Part shown: piece after piece, positions 39,278 through 50,900 of the stretch
Layout of the letters: the number at the start of each line of letters is the position of its first letter
Position numbering within the stretch: the first letter of the stretch is position 1
Assembly (NCBI GenBank): GCA_028534125.1
Contig: CM052817.1
Coordinates: 91,204,001-91,268,000 of the forward strand
DNA length: 64,000 nt
Source of the DNA: Lama glama
Lineage: Eukaryota
Direction: 5' to 3'
Made by a program: the position numbers and the translations under genes
Notes under the pieces: generated by a model
Database searches by the model: none
The model's input: only the letters and a program-made list of their open reading frames with translations
Told to the model about the DNA's origin: nothing

Positions 39278-41043
39278 TCACAAAAGACCCAGAATTGTCA
39301 AAGCAATACTGAAGAAAAAGAATGAAGCTGGAGGAATAACCCTCCCAGACTTCAGACAATACTACAGAGCTACAGTAATCAAAACAGCATGGTTTTGGTA
39401 CAAAAACAGACATATGGATCAATGGAACATAATAGAGAGCTCAGAAATAAACCCATAAACTTTTGGTCAATTAATCTTTTTTTTAATGACAGTTTTAATA
39501 GACTTTAAAACAGTGTACAATTATAAAACACTGGTTTTGTATTTCAAAATCTGATCAATTAATCTTTGACAAAGGAGGCAAGAACATACAATGGAGTAAA
39601 GACAGTCTGTTCAGCAAATGGTGTTAGGATAACTGGCCAGCTGCATGTAAATTAATGAAGTTAAAACACTCCCTCAACCATACACAAAAATAAACCCAAA
39701 ATGGATTAAGACTTAAACAGAAGACGAGACACTGTAAACCTCTTAGAAGAAAACATTGGCAAAACATTCTCTGACATAAATCTCAGCAATGTTCTCCTAG
39801 GGCGGTCTACCTAGGCAATAGAAATAAAAGCAAAAATAAACAAATGAGACCTAATTAAGCTTATAAGCTTTCACACAGCAAAGAAAACCATAAGCAAAAC
39901 AAAAAGACAACCTACCTATGGAATGGGAGAAAATATTTGCAAAAGGGAACTGACAAGGGCTTAATTTCTAGAATATATAAACAGCTTATACAACTTAATA
40001 ATTAAAAAACAAACAATCCAATGCAAAAATAGGCAAAAGACCTAAACAAACAATTCTCCAATGATGACATACAAATGGCCAATAGGCACATGAAAAAATG
40101 GTCAGTATCACTAATTATCAAAGAAATGCAAATCAAAACTACAATTAGGTATCATCTCACACCAGTCAGAATGGCCATCATTCAAAAGTTCATGAACGAT
40201 AAATGCTGGACAGAGTATGGAGAAAAGGGACCCCTCTTACTCTGCCAGTGGGAATCTAGTTTGGTGCAGCCATTATGGAAAACAGTATGGAGATTCCTCA
40301 AAAGACTAAAAATAGACTTACCATATGATCCAGCAATCTCACTCCTGGGTTCAGAGGGAACTTTAATTTGAAAAGATACGTGAAAAAAGAAAAAAAAAAA
40401 GAGTGGAAAAACAAAATAAAACAAGTTTTAAAAATCAAAAAAAAAGAAAGTAAGAAAAGATACATGAACCCCCCAATTTTCATAGCAGCAGTATTTTCAA
40501 TAGCCAAGACATGAAACAACTTAAATGTCTATCAACAGATGACTAGATAAAGAAATTGTGGTATATTTACATAATGGAATACTACTCAGCCATAAAAAAT
40601 AATAAATTAAAGTCATTTGTAGCAACATGGATGAATCGGAGATTGTCATTCTAAGTGAAGTAAGCCAGAAAGAGAAAGAAAAACACCATATGATATCACT
40701 TATATGTGGAATCTAAAAAAAAAAAGACAAAAGAACTTATTTACAAAACAGAAATAGACTCACAGACATAGAAAACAAATTTATGGTTACTGAGGATGAA
40801 GGGGATAAGAAGGGATAAATTGAGAGTTTCAGATTTGCAGATACTAATATACATATATAAAATAGATAAACAACAAGTTTATACTATATAACACAGAGAA
40901 CTATTTTCAATATCTTAAAGTAACTTATAGCAAAAAAGAATATATGTATGTTCATGTATGACTGAAACATTATGCTGTACACCAGAAATTGATACAACAT
41001 TGTAAACTGACTATACTTCAATAAATATATATACAAAAAAAAA
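39278..41043 (+). mobile_element. 5'-truncated lineage L1 (~1.75 kb) with disrupted ORF2 C-terminus
   Basis: ORF 40075..40371 [32 protein letters not shown] is L1 ORF2; TSD aaaatgtaacttcttc / aaaagtaacttttc. Confidence 0.93.
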
Positions 41044-41091
41044 GTAACTTTTCATCATGGAGTACTGTAAGAGTTTGAGTGTTCATTACTA

Positions 41092-41642
41092 TGTCAACGA
41101 AAACAAGGTTTTTTAATTTGCTTTTATATTGGTACCTGTGTAAGTCTGTGTCATCCAAAAAGTAAACATCAAGAAGTAATTAACTATGAAAACCGAAACT
41201 ACCTACTTTCATAGTTTATAGTCTACATTAACATGACTTACTGTTCCTTAGTCTTCTTTAGCATAACTTTACTATTGCAGGAGACTCTTGCCCAGGCAAA
41301 TAACTTTATTGCTCATTACAGGAACTTGTTTGAAAGATCATCAACTCTTTAATAAAAAGCATCCACAGTTTTCCTACCAACACTCTTTGGATTCCTGGCT
41401 TCATATTCTTTGCCTTGCTGTTTCCACCAATCCTAAATTACAATTGCATCACAATTCATACCAGATCCCCTCATTGATAGACCTGCCTTAAACCAAACTT
41501 CAAAATCTCAATAAAACCAGGCCTTGCTCTTCCCCCTTTGAACCATGAACCAGGCTCTCTGAGGTGTAACTCCCCTTTCAATGGTGAGCAATAAATTCGG
41601 TTTTATCTCATGAGTGATATTTGGGAATTAGCATTTGAAACA
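41092..41642 (+). mobile_element. Old ERV1-type LTR (MER90/MER110-like)
   Basis: TG start; gagcaataaattcggttttatctca...gatatttgggaattagcatttga 3' end. Confidence 0.5.
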
Positions 41643-42363
41643 CGCACAAGATTTATTAGAGCAAGGCCTGAGAAACTGGGGAAGTTGCCTGCAGGAGGCT
41701 GAGAGAGCTGTCATTCTGCAGAGTGGTCTGCATCCTAGGGTCTGAAGCAGGATGAGAAAGAGGGAAGGGAGGAAGAAAGGAAGGAGGGATCATCGGTGGC
41801 AGTGCAGTTATAAGAGTTTGGAAAGGTGCTAGGGAGCTCTCCAGCCAAATTCACCCTTCAGTGTAGCCCCCCTCCCCCCATCTCAAAGGAACACGCCTGC
41901 CTTAGTGTACCCAGCGAGCCCATCTGTGGCCTGGAGGACTTTGTGAGAAATAAGGCCCCAGTTCCACGGTGGTGAAGAGTGTTAGAACAAAGCCCCTGAG
42001 GGCACAGATCAATCATACCTTTGCAGTCCCAGTAAGAAGTCTGAGAGCCATGTTCTCCTGGTCCAGGATACCTGTTGATCCTCTGAAAAGACACATGGAA
42101 CAGTGTTACCATTTGAGAAAAGGGATATAATGAAGGAAAAATCTCCAAAAGAGTCTAACATAGATTTTTGAATGAATATCTTTAATGACTATAAAAATAC
42201 AGTCAAAGCAATTGGAATTTTTCTGCATTTTTAAATATAGCAAAGATGATATCACTTCAGGTGTTAAAAGCTGAAAAATAATTTATAGTGATAGAATTAG
42301 AGCCTTCATTACTTTGTTTTGTTTTGACTACTCTTTGACTGATATAGTTCTGGTCTTTGACAG

Positions 42364-42700
42364 TGCTATGGACTGAATTGTGTCCCCCCGCCCCAAACCC
42401 AAACTCATATTGTGAAGCCCTAACCTCCAATATGACTATATTCGGAGATAATGTCTTCAAGAAGATAATTAAGGTGTGGAGAGAGGGTATAGCTCTAGTG
42501 GTAGAGCACATGATTAGCATGTACGAGGTCCTGGGTTTAATCCCCAGTACCTCCGCAATAAATAAAACTAATTACCTCCTCTCACCCCAAAAAAACCTTA
42601 AAAAAAGTTAAATGAGGTCATAAGGGTAGGGCTCTGATCCGACAGGATTGGTAGGTAGCCTTATAAGAAGAGGGAGAGAGATTTCTCTTGCCCTCATGAC
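42364..42700 (+). mobile_element. MLT1A/B 5' part containing a tRNA-SINE (~42477-42606)
   Basis: tgctatggactgaattgtgtcccc...gttaaatgaggtcataagggtagggc; SINE head gagggtatagctctagtggtagagc. Confidence 0.85.
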
Positions 42701-42749
42701 CACATTATGTGTGTGTGTATATATATATATGTGTGTGTGTGTGTGTAAA

Positions 42750-43298
42750 TGAAACAGAGCAGGACACTGAGGGGTCCTTCCTGGTACAAATCCTTTCCGT
42801 GTCCTCCATTTCTTGTTCTTAGGAAATGGGCTTCCTTCAGCCCCCTTGTCGTTCCCTGAGTTCCAAAGGGCAGATTCACACAGTTGCTAATCAGGGAAGG
42901 GAGGGGATGCAGAGACAAGGGAGGAGCAGTCAAGAAAGGATAATGTAGCTATTAAAGCAGGATCCTGGTTCCTCCTCAAGGGATATACTTAATAATACCT
43001 TTGAGTTCTTCTGCAGCAACTAAGGCTCCCACCCAGATGGAGGATGGTTACTTCAGGCTGAGCATAGGTTTCTGGACACTGCCCTGTGACATCACCACCA
43101 ATCAATCAGAAAAAAGTCACACACCCTGCAGCCCTCACTCCAAATTTTGTCTATAAAAACTTTTTCCTGAAAACCATTTAGGTTTTTCTGAGCATAAGCC
43201 ACCTGTCCTTGCTCCGTCCTGCAGTGAACCTTTCTCTGCTCCAAACTCCTTTATTTGCCCTCACTGTGCGCCAGACACACGAATTTTGTTCGGTAACA
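42750..43298 (+). mobile_element. ERV1-type solo LTR inserted in a (TA/TG)n tract
   Basis: TGAAACAGAGCAGGAC...TTCGGTAACA; CCAAT followed by TATAAAA at ~43152. Confidence 0.8.
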
Positions 43299-43499
43299 TA
43301 TATATGTGTGTATATACAGCTTCACTTCAGACAGCTGAAGTCAGACTTTAATAGACAAAGGAACTAGTGGAACTGCTGCGCAAACAGCAGCGCTAAGCAG
43401 AACGTCTCAGTAGGAGAAAAACTACAACTTCTGTTTCTTGGCTCCTTCTCCTCAATTTATATTTTCAGTTTGCTCCAATTTTCAGAGGAAAAGAAAATT

Positions 43500-45490
43500 C
43501 ACCTGGCTTTTTATCCCACTGTTTTTTCATTGGTCTCCTGCCTTCCAGGCCCACTGACAACTGCAATCTGGTTTCCACCACCATCTCGCCAACCTGCTAC
43601 TATTCACATAAAGAGCAACCTTGTAATTGTCAAATCCAAAGGACCTTGACCTCTTAGGAGCACTCATCACTCTTCCAGCCTTGTTACCTTATTTCGAAGA
43701 TACTAATCTCTCTCTGTTCTCCTTCTCTGACCAGGTCTCAAGTCTCCTTCCCTTCCAACCATCCTTAAAGGTGTGTGTTTCACAGGAATTTCATCCTTAA
43801 CACTTTTCTTAACTTACTTAAAGGACTTTTTGTGGGTGATCTCATTACCCATGGATCCAGCTGAGACAGGATGGAAGGGGGCAGGGCACAGCCACTCAAG
43901 GAATGACAGCAATTTAACACCAAAATGGTGGAAGATTCATCAAAATGGTGGAAGACTCACCTCCTAGTTGGCCTTGAGAATTAAGAGGTTTGACTTCTAG
44001 GTGACCTTGAGCTTCATTATATGCTCATTGTAACAGCGTAATCAAATAACATGCCCACAGGCGCCATGACAGTCCCAAGGCTAACCGAAAAAGGCCAAAG
44101 AATGGGCGATGGCCTAATTCCTGGTAACCTCAGCCCTTTCCCCAGGGCAATTGGAATGGTCCCACTTGGAGGCATATGAAGCTACTGAGACCATAAAAAC
44201 TGACAACACCACGCCTAGGGGACTTTTTCGCTCCCTCCTCTTTGGAGATGGCCCACACTCTGTCTAACCTGAGTACCCAATTCCCATACCTCTTTTCTTG
44301 CCTTTCTCTTGCCTTACACTCTATGCAGTATGTATCTCTCTAAATAAGTCTACATTTACTCAATGGTGGCTTGCACTTGGATTCTTCCTGTGTGAAGCCA
44401 AGGACCCACATTTGGCGGGGCACGTTCCAGGGGCTCAACCAAGACCTGGGACATGGCCCTTCTCATGCCCTACATCTGTTTTCCTGAATCACAACTACTA
44501 AACTCTCTGAAGTGTTTGGCCCTGACCCTGCTATGAACTCCAGGTCTTTAGTTTATTTGCCTACAAATTAACTCCATCTGGGTGTTCCACGGGCACATCT
44601 CAATGACAGGTTCTGATCTGAACTCACAGTCCTCCCTGAGAGAGGCATCTCCACCCAATTTCCTTATTTGCTACCATTACCTACCAATCACCCAAGTCCT
44701 ACCTAGACTCTGCCCTCCCTTCCCTGACCCCCAGATTTAATCTGTCACTCAACCCTGTGGCTTCTGTCTCCTTTATAGTTCTTAAACCTGTCTCTTTTCC
44801 ACTATCACTGCCCCAATTTGTTTGGGAGGTAGTGTTGAGGGAGGGAGAGGGATGTGCATCAGAATCACCTGGTTTGTTTTAAACAAGCATGCCTACCAGC
44901 CCCTCCCCTGAGATTCTGAACCAGCAGGTACACTTCCTCACTGGCACTGTTCTTATTCTTCCCCCATCTCCCATCCACTCTCCACACTGCTGACAGATGA
45001 TCTTTCCAGCCTGTCTTTCAGAGGTTCCCCAGAACCTTCAGGATAAAGTGCAAACTCCTTTGAAAACCCTTGATGCTTTGTTTCTTGCCCACAGCTTCTG
45101 CCTCATTTCTGCCACTTCTTTATGGGCACCCTGTGCTGTAGCCTTATCAAAGTGTGGTACTTGTACTTGCTGTTCCCGGAACATCCCTCCTCTCCTTCCC
45201 TTTCTGTTCTCAGTGGATCTCCCCTGTCAGCCCTTTCTGCCTGGAAGTCACCTTGTTCAAAAAGCCTCTCCTGACTTCTCCCAGCAATTAACTACTTCCT
45301 CTTCTGTGTTTCCACAGTACCTTGTTCATGTCATGATACAGTATTTATTACTAGATAATTATAAATATTTTGTTTATACAATGTCTCATCCACTTAACTG
45401 TGAGCAGACTTTGTTCAGCTCACTTTTGTATCCCCTAACACAGAGACTGCCACATACTATGTACTCAACAAATGCTTACTGAATACTCTT
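43500..45490 (-). mobile_element. L2 fragments interrupted by the LTR at 43862-44491 and a MER5-like piece (~44850-44930)
   Basis: ctccatctgggtgttcca, aggataaagtgcaaactcctt, tactcaacaaatgcttactgaat. Confidence 0.65.
43862..44491 (+). mobile_element. MER41-like ERV1 solo LTR (copy 3), ~3 kb upstream of the NOCT ATG
   Basis: TGAGACAGG start, CA end, near-TSD cagc/caac; colinear with copy 2. Confidence 0.85.
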
Positions 45491-46894
45491 TTGAAGTGAA
45501 TAAAGCTTTTATATTTTTCTGATAGCTTAAGGTGTACAGTATTTAACATACAACAAAAATAATACTATTGAGCTACTTTCAGGACAGCATGCTCTTTGAA
45601 TCCTTTTTAATAATGACAGTTTATATTTGAACAGTACTTTTCATTTTTCAAAGCACTTTTCTTCCAATACTCCATTATGAATTTCTCCAAAGACATGGAA
45701 AAGAGAAAGAATTGTAAGTGAACTCACATATAGATTGTAATTCAACATTTTGCTATATTTAGAAAACACTTTTTATGGATTAATTTTATCATCACCTTTG
45801 ACTTCACCTAATGACTAAGGTATGATTCTATCCGTTATTATAGATAAGGAAACTGAAACTAAGAGACTTAATAATTTGCCAAGGCGCTTGTCTCCCAGGA
45901 GTTATGATCAATTTGTGCCAGTTGACGTAGCCACACCCTCTGGGTGTTAGATCTGAGCCCAGGTCTGAAAAATGTTTTGAATATCCTTGGTAGTGAAAAG
46001 CTTCCAACTCCACAAGACAGGAAAATCAGCAAAATCACGGGAAAACCAACAAGAAAACATTTGTAACTTGTAAGTCATTCAGAGAGGAATCTTGTCTTGA
46101 GTATCTTTCCCCCTCACTCCGCTTCCATCCTTGGTTAGTCATCACTTCCTGCCCAGTCTATCTGAGATATTTCTTCCATTCATTCTTTTCCAGTACCAGA
46201 TGCAGGTCTAGAATATCTGTCATATCATTTGGTCTACTGTCTCCTGCCTTTTCGGTGATACATGACCACCAATTAAAACACAGCCTTAAGTCATATCCCT
46301 GCCCAGCTCACAACACATGAACAGTTCACCATTTCCTACCAAATTAGGTCTAGTGTGATCTCTGCCTTCCGCAGTATAACCTATCTGAGCATCTGTCTTC
46401 TTACTCCTTAGCTTCCATCCTACAGAACTAAGAGTTGTTTCCTCAAATACACCCAGGGCTTTCTTATTTTCTTCATGTATAAAAATCACCACCACCACTC
46501 CCCCTCCTAAATTCCACAAGTGTAAATCCTAGGCCTCCAAGTAACGGCCCAACCCAAATGCCAATTCTTCTAATACACCTCCTAGAAACCCCAGGCCTGT
46601 TACGACCTTTATCACCAAACTGAGGCACCCCGTGGCAATGATCTCAATCTACTTGTAGAGCTGTAAGGTCTGATTTCTATCACTACCTTTGGCTCCCATG
46701 GCCTGAGTATAACATCCTTGAGGAAAGGTACGTGGTCCTAGCCAGCATCGCCCTCGCACCCAGTCCCGGCTTCATCGTGCTTAATTTCATTTAACGCAAT
46801 ACATCCAGCCGAAAGGGCCGGAGGCGGACGCCCGTTGCCGTATTCACACGCACACTCACAAGCACATTCAAATCCTGTCTTGCCCTGGGACACA

Positions 46895-46900
46895 CACGTG
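46895..46900. promoter_or_regulatory. Canonical E-box CACGTG (candidate CLOCK:BMAL1 site)
   Basis: ACACGTGT about 540 bp upstream of the ATG; NOCT is an established clock-controlled gene. Confidence 0.6.
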
Positions 46901-47006
46901 TCCTCAGGCCAGAGCCCTGGAACTGTCTTGAGAGGCCCAGCCTGTGGGCGTTTCCATTCCAGCCAGCGGAAGGGGAGGCTCATTTCTTTAAAACCGCTCC
47001 AAGGGA

Positions 47007-47012
47007 CACGTG
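47007..47012. promoter_or_regulatory. Canonical E-box CACGTG (candidate CLOCK:BMAL1 site)
   Basis: GGGACACGTGTT about 430 bp upstream of the ATG. Confidence 0.6.
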
Positions 47013-47079
47013 TTACTTGGAACCTCCCAGAGCCTCCACCCTACGAGCAGCTTAAGCTCTGCTTCCTCTCAGAGCAGTA

Positions 47080-47900
47080 TCACACCGGTTCTGGGAGTCC
47101 CAGCCTGGTCGCGCCGGGCTCGGGTTCCGCGGATCCCCCTCCCGATAGCGCTTGGTAGCGCCCGCTTTGTCAGCGCGCTGCGCTCGCGGGTTACCCTCCG
47201 GCTCTCGCCGGCCGGCGGCAGACAGCTAGTCAGCGGCCGCAGCTGCCGCCGCTCCAGCCTCTTCGTCTCCGGCTCGCCTGCTCAGGACTCTCCCTCGGGC
47301 CGCCGCTGGGCGAGAAGGAGCCCGGGAGCCGCCGTCTGGACGGGCTTGAGAGTCTGCTCGGCTCGCCCGCCTCGGCCGGGCCCCGCGGGTCGGTCGGGCG
47401 CGCGAGGGGCCGCGGCGGTTGTGGCGGCGGCGCCCGGCATGTATCAGAGCCCGCGGCGGCTCTGCTCCGCCCTGCTGCAGAGGGACGCGCCCGGCCTGTG
47501 TCGCCCGCCCGGCCCGCGGCCGCGCCGCCGCTCGCCCCCGCCCGCGACCGCCCCCCGGCCCGCGTCCCCCCGGCTACTGGCGGCGGCCTCAGCGGCCCGC
47601 GGCGTCGCGAGGTGCTGCTCCCGAACAGGTGAGTGCCCGGCGCTTCTGGGCGGAGAACGGGGTTGCGGCCAACGTTTGGCCGCCACCTGGAGACGGCGCG
47701 GAATGAATGAGAAGCCGGGGGCTGCCGGGCGGTGGGGTCGGGCCGGGGAGCGGGTCCCCTGGGCCCCGAGCCGCCGTCTCCGCTCCCCTTTGCCTCTGTG
47801 CCCTCGCCCGCCCTGGCCTGGGGCTTGAACCGCGGCTGGTAAGGACTGGAACCCGGTGGTAGCTTCCCGTTTGATCCTCGGATGCAGTGCTTTCAATGTC
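47080..47900 (+). promoter_or_regulatory. NOCT: CpG island covering the NOCT promoter, 5'UTR and exon 1
   Basis: Very high GC and CpG density against a CpG-depleted background. Overlaps the start codon; no clear TATA box. Confidence 0.92.
47439..47628 (+). CDS. NOCT: Nocturnin (CCRN4L) coding exon 1, N-terminal Arg-rich mitochondrial targeting region; partial CDS
   Basis: Encodes MYQSPRRLCSALLQRDAPGLCRPPGPRPRRRSPPPATAPRPASPRLLAAASAARGVARCCSRT, matching the recalled mammalian nocturnin N-terminus (M[Y/F]xSPRRLCSALLxRDAPGL...RPASPRLLAAASAA...SRT). 190 nt (63 codons + 1) end at a consensus donor ACAG|GTGAGT, phase 1. Confidence 0.95.
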
Positions 47901-50900
47901 TCTCGCTCTTGACCTATGTTGAATTTCCCCCTTCCGAGGCCGGGAATTATTTGTGTTGGCTTTATTTCTTATTGCGCTAATGATGGAAAATCTATGAAAA
48001 AATCCAAAGTTACATTTATCTGAACATGGGGCCCTTATGGCTTAGATATTCTGAATTCCTTAAAAATGTCGTATTACCAATGTATTATAATGCGCATTGA
48101 CTCTTTACATTGATTTGAAATTTTGGGGAGCCTTCCACTCTTAATATTTATGTCATTGAGCCCTGTATACCTGGGGTTAAGATCTTGTAAAGGTGATGCC
48201 ATCCGTTTGCCAAGAGCCAATTTTATACCTCTCGTGCGCTGGACTTTCCCTTTTTTGCCATCTCGGTTTCTGCCGGCGGACCCATTACTGCCGCCACCAT
48301 TTACAGACAAATTAGTCATGCTTTTAAAATGAGGAGTAAAACTTTCAAAACTTGTAATTCATCACACTAAAAATTGTGTTTCGGTTGTGCTCAAGTTAGA
48401 TTATTGGTGTTTAGGAGATCTGTATGAGCACCTTAGGTTATAAATAACTACGGTTTGCTCCAAAAGTTTTGGATTAATTTAAGGAAAGATTGAGCAGTAG
48501 AGAGAGTACGCGCAATGTGGTTTTTTTAATTCATGAAAGTGATAATCCAAAATATGATTGAAGCCAAGACTTTACTTAGATTATTGACAGATGTTTAGGT
48601 TGAGATACACTTCCAAGATTAGGATGTTTAGACTGCTTACTGGGAGACTCTATATTCTTTAAAAGGATGAACTTGACATTCACATTGAGATTTTCTTTCC
48701 AGTTCCAGAGGAATTTGGCACATTGTGAAATAACTTAGGATAGGTACCATCTAATAGCTGTTAGTGTTTTTTCTTGCTGGAAACTTTCAAGAGGAACATT
48801 GTTAGGTTAGAAGTGGGAGAAGTAAAAAGAAAACCAGCTGCTGTCTCCTGTAGCATATCTCATTATCTTAACCTCTTACCCTAAATTCCCTCCAGGTCTT
48901 TCAGAGGCAATAGGTTAGTCAGTAAGTTCATCCTGGGAACAGATAGCTTGTGTAATACAGATACAGATAGCTCTAATGTTAGCTGAGAAAACAGGTCAGA
49001 TAGAACATTTTGAATCTTAGGCTTCTGACACAAAGTTTAGTGAGCTTTCTAAAAGTCTCCTGAAATCCCCGAGTTTTATAAAGAAATTGCAAAAATTGAT
49101 GGTCCAACCACTGTGGACAGTTAGTACAACATTTAGGCAGTTTTCTGGTTTCATGCAGTTTTCACTGCAGCTACTTGTTGGAAGAAACTCATGAATACAT
49201 TCATTCGCCTGATCATTCATTCAAAAAGTCTTTACAGGATGTCTCATTCTGTAGGTGCTTTATTATAGGAGGTAAAAGAATGTGAGACTTAGTCTGCCTC
49301 TAAGGAGTTTCGTGCCCAGTAAGAGATGAAAGAAATGACTATTTAATGAAATCAAACACCTTTCATTCTCTTACAATTAAAGGTTTGCAAATAGCACAAA
49401 GGTGCTGGAGGACAGGAATTCCCTTTCTGCAGTGGTGATCTTTTTAGGGTTCAAAAGTGGCTGGCGTTTGAGCTGGGCCTTGAAAGAGATTAAAACATTT
49501 CTTTGCTTGGGAAAAGCCAAGAACCAACTGGAAAGCAAGAGGCATGGAGGCGGCAGGGTGAGAGAAGAGGTACCTTGAAATTGATTTCCCAAAGAGCCTC
49601 AGAACCAGCTTTAGGTGCTTTAAAAAAATCCAGATTCATAAATCCTACTGTAGAATTTTTGAAATTACACACTTCTTAACAAAATAACAATAATAAAGTC
49701 CAGATTATTATATGCCCCATGTAAGTTTAGACATCTGGCTAGAGAAGCCTTCAGGGAGCTGAAATCTACTCTACCCTCCAGAGTGTTTTGGGGGAGGGTT
49801 TGGTAGTAAATCCTAACACTTGACTCCATTGGATAATCAATTCCTAATTTATGCCCCTTGGCAATCAGAGGTCACTGGGAAAGATGAGTACAGCCCCTTG
49901 GCAGTCATCAAATACTAGGTTATTAGAATTTAAAGGGGACCTTGGAGATGATCTCAGTATTTGGATAGCTTTTCAAAGGGAAGGACAGCAGCCCCCATAA
50001 AGAAGCAGCAGTTGTACTGGGTGAGATGTGGTCAGGAGTCATCCATGGGTTTATAAACGCCTTCTTCCAGATCCTTCCTCAGAAAGTGAAAATTTGGCTG
50101 AATTACTGTTCACTACTGGAACATGTTACTTTTTTTCTTGGTACAATTTTACAAGCAAGTACCAGCTCATTTGAAGAGGCGGCTGTATTTAGTAGGTCCC
50201 TTAACAACATGAGTAAGCTGCGTATGAGAAGAAATGGAAAAGCTTGTAATTACCAAGCTTCTACTGAAATACACTGCTTTCTTTGTAGGAGAACTAAGGT
50301 TATCATTTTCCTGTAGCATTCAACTGTAAGAGTAAATAGAATTATTGGGGGCTTTTGAATTAATAATCATGGCTCCAGAGTCACATTCAACACACTTATA
50401 TAAACATTTGCAAATCATTTAACCTTGCTTACTGGACTTTACCTAGGAAAAATAAGGTAAATTGGTATCAATTGATCCCACAAGTTTTACTGAACACAGT
50501 TCATTTAAAAGGCCCAGATACTACATTGCATCTCATGACTAATTGCTGCGGAAGTTGAGAAGAAAGAAATCAGTGTGGCTGAATTTGTGGGGAAAAACTT
50601 TTCTTTGAATAGGATAAGTAGGTCAGGGAGAGGAGACCATGTGCCTGAAAGATGGCAGATTGGGGAGCAGTGATGAATTGTTGGGAAAGGGGTACTTCCA
50701 GAATCATCTGGGATGCTTTTTAAGATGTGCATTTCTGGTCTTTGACCTATCTGTTTAAATCAGGTTTTCCTGAAGGGAATCCTGGTTAAGTTGTATATTT
50801 AACAAGTGTCCCAGATGATTCTTTCTGAAAAGCCTGGGGACTAGTTTATAAATCTCCACTCCTCCTTTCCAGAGGTGCTTATTCCTGGAAAGTTTGGGAA

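Noticed and set aside
39278..41043. Active L1 or functional reverse transcriptase
   Set aside because: 5'-truncated, frameshifted and interrupted twice.
28966..44491. LTR copies 2 and 3 as the two ends of one provirus
   Set aside because: They are visibly diverged, each has its own TSD, and there is no gag/pol/env between them.
47010..47828. 272-aa ORF as a single-exon gene
   Set aside because: Only 47439-47628 resembles nocturnin. The upstream part is promoter/UTR and the downstream part runs past a consensus donor; long open frames are expected in CpG islands.
47444..47896. 150-aa antisense ORF and the 95-aa alternate-frame ORF (47419-47706)
   Set aside because: GC-driven low-complexity Arg/Gly/Ala/Pro peptides with no recognisable family.
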